A DNA stretch of 64,000 nt from Moniliella sp. 'wahieum'. Taxonomy: Eukaryota. The notes beneath the pieces were generated by a model that ran no database searches, was not told the DNA's origin, and saw nothing but the letters and a program-made list of their open reading frames with translations. Location of the stretch: assembly GCA_003971905.1 (NCBI GenBank), contig RSEE01000052.1, positions 62,001 to 126,000 on the forward strand. Direction: 5' to 3'. A program made the position numbers and the translations under genes. This document shows, in pieces, positions 49,601 through 63,224 of this stretch. Position 1 is the first letter of the stretch. Each line of letters opens with the position of its first letter.

Positions 49601-50541
49601 GCTTGCTCCACCTCCCTTTCCTGTCTCCTGTCTCCTTCCCTTCAGATCCTTCAACGGTTGCTTGAAGACTTGTAGCCTAGCGCTTTTTGCCTTCATGCCT
49701 TTTTGTCTGTCGAGCATCAACAGGCCAAGCAGAACCGGATAGCATGCCGAGGACTACTGGAACCATTTCTCAGGCCCTCACATGCTCACAGCGCTCAGCA
49801 GGCCCCTCAGACCGTGTCCTGTCACATGTCAGTCCTCAAGGCCTCAGGGCCTCAGGCTTAGATAGGTAGGATGTAAGGCAGGATTCTGGTCGCTCTTAGA
49901 GAGCTTGAAGCTTGAGGTGCACCTTGGCAATTATCGTTTACAGTGGATCCACCGAGACCTGTCGAACCAGGCGAGTGTCCGATAGCTTTTCATACGCGGC
50001 GTTGTCTGTGATGGACGCAGGGTGTGGGTTGCACAGCAAGGAGGCGCTGGTGCTGTCGACGAACATTCGAGTAGTTCGGTGTAACGTGGCGAGCAAGGCG
50101 AGCGAGTCGCCCCAAGTGCTATTCCTTATCTATGCACAACGTCCTCAGCATATCATAGACACCATGCATCATGCATCATGTGCATCATGCAACATCCAAG
50201 AAGCCCACAAACTGGCTTGCCTCCTTATTGTGGACGCTCCAACGCCTTCCTCGGCCTCACCGGTCAGCGGGGGGAGGGTCAAGCTTCAAGCTTCAAGGGC
50301 TGGTCAAGGCCTATAACACAGTAGGGAGTGCCCCTGTGTATTGCAAATCGTTGGAGGCATGTGCGATTGAGACATATGACGATGAATCCGTTAGCGGTGG
50401 CGTCATGCATTGGCCAACTGAGTGGGTTCTTGCACAGATAGTAGTCTCCTATATGTGGCAGATTGTATAAAAGGGAGTCCTCTCTCAATATGTCTATTCT
50501 CCACCGTTCCCCCCCCATCTTGATCCTATAGCATGGTCATC

Positions 50542-50877
50542 ATGTCCGAAGTACGTGCACTCTCTGACACCGTCCGTTCTAATGTGTTGTGAGCAATCTG
50601 CGGTCATTGCAGATATGCTCGAGAGCATTGTACAAAAGTGCTAACCATTCCCTTGTTCTATATAGCAGCAGCAGCAGCCTCAGGGCAACCAGCAGAGCCA
50701 GCAGGGCCAACAGGGTCAACAGGGTGGATTCACCACAACTACGTTGACAAGGCCGTCGAGTACGGCGAGCAGCAGGCCCTTGGTCACGACCTGAGCCAGA
50801 AACAGACCCAGGAGATCAGCAACGGCATCGAGACGGGCATCAAGTCCCTCACGGGCCAGAGCCTGCCTGGTCTCTAA
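50542..50877 (+). CDS. Small Gln/Gly-rich hydrophilic protein (stress/hydrophilin-like)
   Basis: TATAAAA at about 50466, MSE exon, intron 50551-50665 (CTAAC branch point), then QQQQPQGNQQSQQGQQG..NYVDKAVEYGE.. with one frameshift. Confidence 0.65.
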
Positions 50878-51096
50878 TATATTGTTAGCATGGTGATTTG
50901 GAATGTCTTCTCTTGCGCGTGGCTTGTCCACACTGTATCGCAATCATGCTCAAGCTATACACATCTTTGCCTGCCTAGTATAATAAAAGCACTGTGGAGA
51001 AGGGCCTTTTTGATATAGTAGCTTGGGTTAATCCACCTGTGTGTATTCGCTGGCATATGTGTGTGATACTTGCTCTTGTGGCGTACGGCCTTAACA

Positions 51097-51812
51097 CCTC
51101 TTGTCACGGGCGGGCGCCGCCAGGGGCCCGCCCTGGGGTTTTGGGAGTACAATCCCTTAGGCGACGGTAGGTCGACTCACGGTAGTTTCGGGCTTAGGCT
51201 GGTTGGTGTGTCCGAGCGGAGCTAGGGACGAGGAGAGGCCTTTGGTGGGCGGCTGCACGTGTGGCAAGGCTGCGTCTGCACCGGCTTGGGCCGTAGTAAC
51301 GTGTCTGAAGCCTCCGGGACTTAGGGACGGGAGGAGGCAGAGGGGGACAAACACTGCCTCCACTGTGATTGGGAATCGACGCGACCAAAGGAGGGCTCGC
51401 GCGACTGGACTGACGAATGGCTGGAGGACGAGGTCGGAAGAGAAGTCGGACGCTAACAAGAGCAAGCTGCCTGTACTGGATCAATTGGCTGGAAAACGGG
51501 CAGGGGTCGGACAGGATAGGCGGGAGGGTAGCCGAGGGGGTTGAGACGAGAGGATGACGAGAATGGAAGGTGGGGGAAAAGATCCCCATCAACCAGGGGT
51601 ACAGGCAGGATCAAAAGGGAAACGGATACAAGAGGGGGTGTAGAAAGGAAGACACGTCAAAAGCGGGGGTGGTCGCCGCAGGCGCGACCGAGAAAGGAAA
51701 AGGAAACGGGACGGGGCGACAGACGTCGCCACGGCACTGGAAGCTCGGTGGCCTTATTTAGGCCAGCCGACTTGGACTTGGGCGGGGGGCGACTATTGTC
51801 GCACGGAGCATG
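51097..51812 (+). repeat. Second inverted repeat, left arm (about 0.7 kb, diverged)
   Basis: Collinear with the reverse complement of 54395-55156 (e.g. CGACTCACGGTA, GTAACGTGTCTGAAGCCT, GGACAAACACTG). Confidence 0.85.
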
Positions 51813-54394
51813 ACCCTTCGGGCCACGGTACTTAATTTAGCCAACTCATCACACTTGGTTGGCCTGCGGTGCACGCTCTACTGGACATGTGCGGAGCAGG
51901 CGGGCCTTAGCTTGGGTCGGACCATCTCGTGTCCGCCGCAGCCCGTGACACCTCTGGACCATCGAAAGTAAGGGACACATTTCCACTGTGTTGGAGCAAG
52001 CGAAATGCGGCAAGGCCGCCAAGTGCCATTCAAGAGCTGTTATTCTCCCCTTTGTCATGACGATGCGCGGGTACTAAATGCCACCAACACGACCAATAAC
52101 AGGTTTTTTAAGTACTGCAAACTAAGCTTTACTCGGGATGAGTTTCATGGGAGAGGAACAAAGTTCCTTTTTGTCCCTGCTTTTGAGTTCTCTAAAGCTA
52201 TGACTAATTCAACATATTATGGAGATCTGTTCTATACAAAAGACAACGTAGTGGACATGAGATGAAGAGATGCTTCATTTTCACCCAACACTGTGAAGAA
52301 CACCACAACCAATCGGTGTAAGTGTTTACTATAGCTAATAGCTCTCCATGAAGTTGGAAGACAGAATGGCTTCTCATTGTTCTCTGTGTTTAGCAAAAGA
52401 GGGGAGTATGCACGTCCCACGGGCGCGGGCTGCGGCACATCGACTAGTTCTGGCCTACTAGGACAGCAGAACACCAACGGCGTCTATAAAGACATTGATG
52501 TTGTTCTTCCTGAGGGCTGAAAGTCAACCTTCTGGTCGGTTTTGGACTTTTGTTGACTGATCCGGTTCCTAGCGGAGCGTGGGAAGTGTTCTCCGTTTTC
52601 CGTCTGTATTCCTTGCTGCGGCCCATGAGCCTGGTCGCTTAATAGCCCCCCTTTCTTCCGTTGCATTGTCTCTTCTTTATCTCGATCCATTGTGAATGGC
52701 CCTTGAACCCTATATTTTGTTCTTTCACCCTTCCGATAGTGGATGGTTATCTTTCGTCTACAATCTTCGTCCACGCATTGTCGTATCAACAGTTTTTTGG
52801 TCCAAAACTACCCTTGACCCAAATGGTACAACTCCCTTAGCCCCTCCCACTGTACCGGTTCCAGACCAACAGCTTCCAGAGACCGACTTTCAGTGGTATT
52901 CCACAGTTTCCCCTCGGCCGGGCAGACAATGCTACCGCGCACTCCGGCATCCTCTCTGTCTATTTTCCGCATGGATTAACTCTGTGATCCCAAGAGAGTT
53001 GATTTTTGTTTTCCCGTGACCGGAGAACCTATCCTACCCTACCCTTTTACCTGCATCATCTTCCCATTCACGCAGTCCTTTAATCATAGAACAACAAAGA
53101 CTAAAGGCACGCTATGGTCTTACCTCTGATGTGCATGCATGTATTATACGGGATAAGCGCGCCGACGCCCCGACGAGGCGGTCTCACCTGGCTGCTTTTG
53201 TTGATCGGCGTGGTTGAGGGCCAATCACCTCTATGCCATGCGGACTTGATCCTTTTTCCCGAATTGACTGCAGTGACCCCGGACTCAAGGTTTTGGTCGT
53301 GTTCGATCGGGCTCCAGACTGGTTTATTAGTGCATGACTCCATGATTCCTCTTCTTCTTTTCCTTGCTGGATCTAGTTCCACTTCCTGTCTTTGAGCCGC
53401 CGTCGCATTCAGCTCTGCAATAGCAGACCAGGTGAGAACATCTGCTCAACCACGATCATGTGTCTGAGTGGTCCATTCTCTCCTCGAAGGGAAATCGCTC
53501 CCATAAATATATGGGCCGGGTACCAGTCCTAGTATGTCCGGCCATGACAAGGATGACCAATTCCATGGTCTATTCCTCGTCCCCATATATTTGCGAGATA
53601 TTCAGTCGAGTTGCCAATCGCCCTCTCGAGAGGCAAAAAGTTGGCCCTTCTTTCCGAATCCGTCGGTATTGTCGGTCTGACCACAGAGTGTGTGTTCAGA
53701 ATTACACTGCGAAACTATTCTGCTCAGCGCGAAGCAATACTTGGCCTGATTTGGATACACACACACTGTTGCCACTGCCACAATCGGGGGATGAGGCGAG
53801 AAAAGAGGAAGGAAAGAGTTTTGAAACCAGATATGGTAGAGGGAATGTAGTAATCGTTCTTGGAGAAGAACGAAGAGGAGGGGGCTTGGGGCAAAGCAAA
53901 AGAGAACAAGGAACTAAAGAGCGCAGAGACGCTCGATACAATTAATAGCATTACGCTTCCCACTTTTGTTTAAGCGTGAAGCTACATCAGCTGATCGAGA
54001 GTACCAAGTTAGCATAGTGGCCAGTGTGCCGGTGAGCCGACGGGTTTTCCGCACAGCCACACGTTAGGACATGAGTGAGGCCTATAATATAAGGCTTTGG
54101 CCATTCACCTTAGGTCTAAAAGGCTTAGACCTCTAAGATCTCATTCAAGTACCCACAGGCACCTACTACACACAGATCCAGTCACGAGTGAAGATGGGCT
54201 GGCGGTCCCGGCTGAGCTTGCACGCTCCTCTCGCATTCCTCACTCTGATCCAAGCCTGGTCAAAGAATGAGCAATGACAATGCCGTCTCCTCCTTGTTGG
54301 AGTGGACAATGAAGAACCCACCTAGCCCACAGAGTCCGTTCCTAGCCTCAACCACGCGGTGACCCACGCGACCATCCCCGCCGCCATCAGCCTT

Positions 54395-55156
54395 GCATGT
54401 CCACGGGGCAATATTCGTCTTCTGCGAAAGTGGAACTTGGTGGCCACATTCGTGCCACCGAATTGTCGGCATCTTTGCGACAATAGTTGTCCCGTGCCCG
54501 TTTACCTTACCTTTGGAGGTTGCCTGTGCGACAAAACCATTCCCCTTTTGTTCTCTTCCCTGTCCCCGTCCTTCCTCTATTGCGTTGGTTCCCTTCTGGT
54601 CCGTTTTGTCTGTGAATAATGGTCCATAGTTTCCCTCCACGGCCTATTGTCTTCTTCCCTTCCTGTCCTCATCAATTCACCTAGTCCAGGCAACCTCGTC
54701 TCCCCTTATAGCCGCCGCCTCTCTATCCGCCCTCTTCGTCTCTCAGCTCTTCAGCCAAGACCCAGTCAAGTCGCGTTGGTCCTCTTCTAGCCACGTCGAG
54801 GCAGGTCCCAAGCAAAAGTCCGCGCTCTGACAGTGTTTGTCCTCCGTGCCAATCCCCGTCCCTGAGCCCCGAAGGCTTCAGACACGTTACTATAATACTG
54901 CCCTAGTCGGTGCATACTTCCGCAGCCTTGTTGTCACGCCTGCAGCCACCCCTGCTATACGCTGAGCTACTCCTTTGCCCCTATATATATACAGCTCATC
55001 CGCTCGGGCGTACCAGCCTGCCCAAGCACGAAATTACCGTGAGTCGCCCCTTTAATTGGACTTCTAAGGGATCGTACCCCCTAAGGCCTAAGGCATAAGG
55101 CCTAATACAACCGGGTGCCAGGGCGGCCCCCCTGGCGCTTCCCGTCCCTGAAGAGG
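54395..55156 (-). repeat. Second inverted repeat, right arm
   Basis: See left arm; relic translations DQKG..AQATSKGKVNGHG vs DQKG..AGATEKGKGNGTG. Confidence 0.85.
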
Positions 55157-57252
55157 CCTGACAACTCTCCCTACGGCCTCTATGGCCTTGGCCCCGTCAC
55201 GTGTCACGTTTCACGCGTTCGGCCTCTCCGGCTCCGACCCTGAGCGCTGAGCACATGTATGTGCACCGCTAGTGTTGACAACTGTCAGCATGTCAGCCTC
55301 AGGTCCTCATCAAGGCTGCAGGGCCTGAGGCCTCAGGGCCACAGGGCGGTAGACACGTGATGGATGATGGATGATGCCTTTCCTGAGGTCTATGCCTGAC
55401 GCCAATCGATTTTCGATACGGATCGATGATCATCGATCACGGATCATTGATCGCTGAGTACACAGCGTCACGCGGCGGTGGATACTAAAAACGTATCCCT
55501 TGGTCTTCCGAAGTCACTAATGAGTACACTGAGTACTGAGTACTTGTTGGAGTGTGGTGGCACCCCTTGGTGTGATGGCTGGATCGGCCATGGCTGGCAA
55601 GCGGAACTGGCTATAGAGTTCCGCGACTCGCGCGCTCCGGATTGGTGACCGTCGCGCCCTCGTTCCCCTCCTTCATCTTCTCCTGTTGCATTGAAGGTTG
55701 GACTAGCGTCAGGAGCTTACAAGAAGCTATCTCTGACTGTTCCCACCCTGCATAGTGCAATCGTCCTTAGCTTGGTAGCGTAGCTACTTCTCTGTTAACG
55801 GACAACCGCGGTTCTGGGCTCTCATTGGTGTGATCGATTCATCGCGCTCACCCATTGATCGCCTAGTCTAGTGCTTCGCCCTAGCCCCCAATCTTTCAGT
55901 ACTGAGTTCAGTAGTCAGTTGCCACTTTTATCATAAAGCACTAAGTACTAAGCACTAAGCGCTAAGCCTTAACATGTAACAGGACCTAGAGACAAGACGC
56001 ACAGCCCCGTCGGATTCGCACAGCGCCGAACTCGCCCCGTATCCACATAGTATTATTGTTTTTTTGGATGGGACCTTTATTTGTTTTTTGTATCGGACCT
56101 CGAGTCCGCCGCGGGCGGGGAATTTGACGATCTTCAAGGGTCCCAATTAAATGAGGCCCAGGACAGGGCCCAACGCGACGCCCAAGTGGCCCACGGCTGC
56201 ACTGGACTTGTACTTACCCCAGTCTGGGGCCCTGGCATACTGCGGCCGGCGGACAATGGGATAATTTGTACTTAGTCACCCAAGGTACTGAGCTCTGAAA
56301 AATCGGTATTGCCGTCATCTAATATTTACGTGTGGTGGCAAGAGGGCTGAACCTCAGAGGGCGCGCTGAGGCGCTGAGAGCTCAGCTTGAGCTCTCAGCC
56401 TCAGCGCTCAGCCTGAGCCAGCTACAATAAACCAGTCCATTATTAGTCAAACATCATCGCCCCCCGCGCGAGCTCACGCTCAACCATATGGTTGAAGGGG
56501 AACGTCTATACCGCCCTTGTCAAGCACAAGCAACAGATAAATGTGATGGATGCAGCATTTTCTTCGTCCCTGCAGTGCGTGTTGCAAGGCTCAGCGCTCA
56601 CGACGCTATGAATGCAACAATAGTAGTCAATATGTAGTGGTGGGTGCTGGTCGTGCGCTTCACCAGCTTTTCACCCAACAGGCTTGAAGCTTGAGGGTCC
56701 TTGGAGAGTGAGGGGCCCGAGGCCCTGAGGCCAGCGTAAGCTCAATAAAGGGAAATGCAAACGGGGGGTGGGGGGATACCACATGGCATTCCCCTAGCTC
56801 GTGAGTTGGATCGTGTAGGGACCATTCTCTTAGTACCTAGGCGCGTGCTCGACAAGCACATCTGGAGCAGGATCAGATCGGGATCAGAAAGGCCGGGGCC
56901 GGGTCAGCTAGGCACGCGAACTGCGGCTAGCTCAGTGCGGAGTAGAGTATGTTGGCCCCAGATCCCAGACCGCCAAGTGAAGTGGAGGGGAGTTAAGTTT
57001 TAAGATGTCGATTGATACTAATCCCCCACAGTACAGCTCCGAGGAAAGTCTAAGGCGCGAAAGAAGGAAGGAGCGTGTCAATTGAGTGTGCGAGATATCC
57101 AAGTGTGAATGAGGGGAAAACGCGGGCCATAGTGTAGTAGCAAGTGAGGTAGAAGGGGGAGCAGGGAAATAGATAGGATCCAAAGCGACTAGACTGACAA
57201 CTGTGGGATGCCAAAGATCCAAACAGCCAAACGACGGATACAGTTTCCCATC

Positions 57253-58917
57253 TCATAGAATATGGCCAGAAAAGCGCGCTGTCCAGGTCGCTGGGCGGGC
57301 CGCGCCTCGGAACAAGAGGGACGAAGGCCGTGAGGGGGATGCGAAGCTGGCCTCGCCAAAGGAGACGTGAAGCGGTAGGACCAGTTCCGGCGTTGGCAGA
57401 GTGGGTGCCACAAGCGGGCTGCTGGCGGGGAGGCAGGGGCAAACGGGTGTAGCTGGTTGGGATCCGGGCCAGGAGAACGTGGCCGACAACGCCTGCTCCG
57501 ATGAGCTAGGGCCGATCGGGGGGGGTTCAGGAGCGCGGGGGAAGCGGCGAGAGCGCTACCGAAGCGGGGACGCACGTGTCCCCCTCTGGTGATGGCGATT
57601 CAGTGCATCGAGACGGGCAAACATTTTTCCGCAGAATTCGCACGTATGGGGACGAATATTGAGATGCTACAAAAGGGCATGTCGTTATCTGCGAAAAAAA
57701 GATAGGGAAGGGAGAGGAAGGCTACCAGTTTCTCATGCCGCCGCTTATCGTGAGCTCGAGCAAATGAGCGCTCACAGTATCGACAGGAGTATGGACGTTC
57801 GTCCGTGTGCGAACGAAGATGCCACGCAAAGTTGAAGCCCGGGTGAAGAAGCTCTCACAACCGGGGACGGGGCACTTAAAAGGCGCCGCCCCTTTCGGCG
57901 CGATACTACTGAGGCTGCCTTGGTCTTGGCCGTTGTGACTTGGAGATTGTGGATGGGCTTGTCAGACAAGCTCAGTTCCGCCAATCCGGCCTCCGACGCG
58001 GACAGGTGCGAGGACGAGGCTGGGTGTGGAGGCTCCATGGCGGATTGCGGGGGCGACAAGACGCTCGGTGTGTGACTCGCGGGGAGTCTGATTCACTTTC
58101 GGGTCGGGACTGCTCCGAGCCTGAGGTCGTGCTTACGGGGGGGACGGGGAGCTGGGGCGGGCAGTGAAGTGGTAAGGCCATGAAGGGAGATGCCTTGGAC
58201 TTAGCCCAGACGGTCGAATGCTGGATGGGCTGCGGCGGCGGGCCTTGGTTCCAAACGGTAGGATGAGAAGCGGCGGGAGCCGGTTGCATTCGAGGGGCGA
58301 GACAACACAGGGGAAACGGTGTTTCCTTCAGGGCCAAAGCGGACGAGAGCATCCATACTGCTGCGGTGGTGTTTGGCAATGTGGGAGGGAGGAGACGGCT
58401 GCGCGGAATGGGGGAGCGGCTGGGTGGTAAATACAGGCGGGCCCCCAGCCAGGACGAGTGGAGGCATGCAGGCACCCGAAGGGTCAAAGCTGAAGGTCAG
58501 GCGGTCGAGACCGAGAGAGGCGCAAGGCACAGAAGTCGCTGTGTGGCCGTTTTGGACCGCGAAACCCGGCTGGAGGGGCGAACGGGGGGAAATATCGGAT
58601 GGCGCAATAGCCACATCAGATGCCACAAGGGGTAGGGTAGTGACAGTCAGACCATCAGCGAAGGCGCTTGGGGCATTTGCGGGTGGGAACGGGGCGTTCT
58701 TGTCGAGGCCGAGAAACTGTTTGAATTGCACATAAGAGTCTTGACGGCGAGGGTCGAACGAAGCTAAGGCTTGAGGGCGCTCGAGCTCGACAGGGTCGAG
58801 CGCAGAGGGGGAGAGAGAGAGGAGGATGGGGAGGCATAGCAAGGCTTCCAGGCTGTGCTGCGGCCGCTTCTGTAGAGTCACATCCAGCGGTGGGAAGGGC
58901 TGGGAAAGGGTGGTCAT
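57253..58917 (-). CDS. Crz1-like C2H2 zinc-finger transcription factor (3 fingers)
   Basis: VTTAKTKAAS..RRK, KCPVPGCESFFTR..HLRSHTDERPYSCRYCERSFARAHDKRRHEKL|HLNIRPHTCEFCGKMFARLDALNRHH, with an intron at about 57667-57725. Ends approximate. Confidence 0.8.
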
Positions 58918-60599
58918 AACGGTCCTGGAGCGTGGGATCGTAGGATGAGACCAGAGCGGGCACAGCGGTGGTAGCGGTAGCGGCGGCGGCGGCGGCGGGG
59001 CGGGCGGCGGTGCGGTGGGAGCTGCCGGCGCTGCTTGGCACACTGGAGGGCGGGTTGGGGAGCGGTGGCGCGGGGAGCATGGGAGGGGAGGGGAGGGGGG
59101 GGGAGGAGATGGAAGGAACTGGGAGGCGGGTGTGTGTTGGATTGAGTTAACGCGGGACGGGGTGTCGATGGGGCCGACTGGCAATGGCGATGGCAATGGC
59201 GATGGCGATGGCGATGGGGGCCCTCCCGTGCGGCCAGGGTTCGCGCTGGCGTGGGCACTGTGCCGCATCCATTCGACTCGCATCGGCCCTGGCGTGGCTC
59301 CCACGGGCCAGGGAGCACGGGGGCAGTTTAAACCCGCGCTGCTGCTGCTGCCCCCGCGCCACACCACACTGCGTCCGGTGTGCGCTCCCGTGCGCGGGTG
59401 CGGGACGAGTGGTGTGCTGCGCGCTGCTGCCGGCACGGGGCCTGCGCCCGCGCCGATGAGCACGAATACTCAGATCTCAGAACTCAGATCTCAGACGAAG
59501 TGCTTCGGGGGTAAGCGGCCGGCAAGCTTTCGGAACGGCGGTGCCTTGTCGTGCGAAGCGAGTGCCAGTGCTGGCAAGGGGCGCTTCGCCTTGAAAAGAC
59601 CCCCGACGGGCAGTCTGCCTGCGTCCGCTCCGGCTGTGTCGGCTGGTGGCTGCGGCGGGTTGAGCGTTACGCGTTACGAGCGTTGCATATTGAATGTACA
59701 TGGAACGTACGTTGAACGTGAAATTGTGACATGCACAGGTGACAAAAGGCACTTGCCCCAGAGGCTCAGGCTGAGCGCGGGTGCCCTGATCGATGATCGA
59801 TGATCGATGATCGATAACCGAAAAACCCTACGAGGCGTCCGCGCCAGTGTGGCTCGCGCTCAGCGCTGAGGCTCAGCGCCCAACCAGCGGCAGTCCATGG
59901 GATCATGAGATCGATTAAGGAACCTAGCTTCGAAAGTACTACAACGACGACAACTGAGTACACCGAGTATACGAGTCCACTGAGTACTTGGTGACTAGGT
60001 GACTACCGGTAGTGATGCATGATGGATGATCGATGGTCAATATTCAATCAGCGTCAGCCGTCAGCGCTGAGGCTTAGCCTGAGGGCCTGAGTAACACCAG
60101 TGTGGGCATCTTTCCTACACACACACACTTCAGCGATTAATTGATTATCGATGTAATTCTCTTACGCAAATTTGTGGTCCTCCGACGGTTGCATATATGG
60201 AAGCACAGATGATTCCGAGAATCAACATGTGTTGAAGATATCGGGCCATACCAGCCCCACCACCTCTCAGGATCAGACGGAATTAGTGCAACAGAGCCGC
60301 CATCAGACATGATGTCAAGGCGAAGTGGTGCCGGGGGAGCCGCGAATGGTCAAGCTTCAAAAAACTTGACGTCTGAAGGAAGGAACTGGGGATACAACCA
60401 AGAAGGGAGATGGGCTCACGGTGGGCAGGGGGGTGCGCAGCTTCCGAGTGAAACCTGCGGCTCGACTATAAAAGCGGGTGTCACCAATGAACTTAAGGGG
60501 CCGTGCTGGGGAATCCTATAGCGCTCCCCTCTCTCATCGTGCGATCCCATCAAAAGTATACTCTCTCACATATATACAGGCTCTGTCATCGGCTTCATC

Positions 60600-60840
60600 A
60601 CCTCGATCAACATCGTTCTGTTGGGGCCCGTGGTCCCGTACGTAGGCCAAAGTGCCTTATCACCATTTCTCCCTTATTATGACCTCCGAAGAGTCCGTGT
60701 GTATACTCCGGCGTGTTCGAACCCTTGTCTCTCTTCCATCACCAGGTGTGGCAGAAGGCCCTCAACCACCTTCGTATTATTGCTCTACATGATGGCATTT
60801 CCAGCGGTTCTCCACCCAAAATCTTGGGTTCCTCCGATAT
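60600..60840 (+). repeat. Degenerate dispersed repeat or gene relic, homologous to 49300-49600
   Basis: See the 49300 entry; TATAAAA at about 60467 upstream. Confidence 0.65.
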
Positions 60841-61896
60841 CTCGTGTTCAAAGTGTTTAACTTCAGACGTGAGTGGCTTTGGGAATGCACAACGTTGCTC
60901 CTAGGGCGTAGAAGACACAGCCCTGCTTTGTCTATAGAAGACTATTTTCTCCTTTTGGCCGCGGGACAACTGATGCACAGTAATGCATAATGCATAATGC
61001 CGTACTAAATCACTAGCCCTACCAGGCCCTACCCCCTTGTGGCTCTGAGATCTGAGACTTTGTGATGAGTGACCACATTCTAACGCATGTGACACCGTGG
61101 CGCTCTGCTGCTAATGCGGAAATCATGTAATCATTTCACAAAAATTGGGGGTAGAGATACCAGTGACATGTTACAACAGCGTTGTTGATTCGTCCCATGT
61201 GGGGAGAGCCCGTGAAACCCTGAGGAGATGATTGAAGCTCAGCTGAGCGCTGACCGGACCTTGAGAAGACACAAAAGGATTATACAAGAGGACTCGGCAC
61301 TTAGGATACTACTCACGGGTGACCGGTCACCATAAGGATGGACCGAGTGCTACTATGCTTGCTGGATTTTGGGGCCAGAGCAGAGCAGCGAGAAGTGGAA
61401 GGTGCGGGAAAGGGGAGCCGGAAAAAAACGAGACAAATACAACAAATTGGGCAAGAGACACAATAATCAGGGGTGCTTGTGGGACCAGCGCTCCGCCCGG
61501 GTTTCACCCACGTTGCGCCTCTTCGTCCGTGACAGGTTTGTAAGTCCTGCCTAGCCTCGTTCTTTACCGGCCATGCTGCTGCCTCAGCACCGCGGGATCC
61601 ACACTTGATAAGTTTTAGTTCTGGGACTCTATGTTTACCACATTCACTGGTCACCGGTTACACAGCAACGCATGCTCCTCTGTACCGTGCATAATAGGAA
61701 AGGCTTATAATTAGGATTTTAGTGATTCATGCGTTACTAGTGTAATTGCGATTAAGTGAGAACGTTGAGCGAATGCGGTGCACGCAACGGAGACAGTCGC
61801 GCTTCTTTTAACGGTTAAACGTTAAACGCTAAAGCGGTACATTTATACGTGGGGGAGGGCGGGGTCGAGAAAACACCATGACATGTGGCAGCCTTG

Positions 61897-63092
61897 TGAA
61901 TCCATATCATTGACAGAGCTTAAGGCTGGTACAGGGGAACGCTACGTCTAAACCGAACCGTTCATCTTGGGGGGTTACTTGGAAGCGCCACTAAGGTCAA
62001 GGAACCAGGGGGATCGCCAGGATATCAGGACCCTCCGGTTCTCGCCATCCGGTCCCGTACCCTAGGAAGCGCGTGTGGACACGGATGAACGTGGTTGACA
62101 TCCGAGCGAGGAACCATTTCCACTGAGACTTGGTAGCCAACTCCTTCCAATGCGCAAACAACTTGCCCGCTGTCTTGGTGCCGTAGTATCCTCGCGTCGT
62201 CAAAACCAGGGGGAAAAACGGCTCTTGAGTGCGTCCCTGGTACTTGGCGTTCTTGTCGCATTCTGCTTGTTCAAGCAGCCGAAGCAGTTCCTTCTCCGGC
62301 GTTCCCAAGGCGACGCAGTGCTCTCGTGCACCAACCGCCGGTACGCGCTCTGCGCCTCTTGCGTTCCCGTGTCGCGCAGCGTGTGGTCCACCTCCATCCC
62401 TGATCCTCCCAGTGCTCCAGGCCCCATCACGCGGTAGTCGGTGCGCTGTGCCCTCGGTCCGCGCCTCGTCCCATCCTCGTCCTCCATCATAGGTTCGTTG
62501 CGGACGTGAGTGTCGGGGATGGAGCGTATGAGCTGGAGAATGGGCTCCCGTACTGCCTCATGCAACGCACTAAACTTGGCCTGGGTGCGGGTGCAAGACA
62601 TGATGTGCTCCAGCGAGGACATGACACCGCACTTGCACATGCTGCGCGTGGTGCGGCACAGCGTGCGGAGCTGGAGACCCACCTGGACCTGCTGGTCAGA
62701 GAGCAGGTACGGGACGGACGGAATGGCGGAGAGCCAGTTGTGGCTCAGCGGGTTGCTGTGCTCAAACACATGGCGACCATCGGCAGCGTCCAGCTTCTGG
62801 AGCAGCTCCTGTCGACTTTGCTCCCACATCTCGCGGCAGCGCTGGCGTTGCTTCGTAAATGCGTTGGCCGTTGCCGTTTGCGGTCCCGAACGGTCAACAT
62901 AAGTGGTAATAAGATAGTCGTTGACCTCGTTGGCCGCAGCACGGGCGTGGGGCGCGATATACGAGTAAAGCGGGCTGCCACATCCTCCCATCCGGAGAGG
63001 CAGGCTCATGAGCATGTCGAAGTGGTCGTCCTTGGCACTTGGGGATCCTCGTCGCCCCGGATCCGTCTGAACTCCGTACAGAGATCAATCTC
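61897..63092 (-). mobile_element. 5'-truncated copy of the CRE-like retrotransposon
   Basis: Highly similar to 32108-33309 (LPLRMGGCG..CKCG..KNAKY..ILAIPLVP* plus 3' UTR). 5' truncation is typical of target-primed reverse transcription. Confidence 0.92.
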
Positions 63093-63224
63093 CTCAGTGC
63101 GTCACCGCGAAGGGAGACGCAATCGGTCTTAGTAGTGACGGGTGACGCGCAATCACATACAATACGCGTCCATGTTCAACGACGTTTTCTCAACATTTTC
63201 TCAATCTCCTGAAGAAACCTGGGA

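Noticed and set aside
6189..59000. Mass pseudogenisation or programmed frameshifting in most genes
   Set aside because: Indels hit essential genes (IDH1/2, TRR1, MDH, Vps21) while residues stay conserved, often at homopolymers. This is typical of unpolished long-read error.
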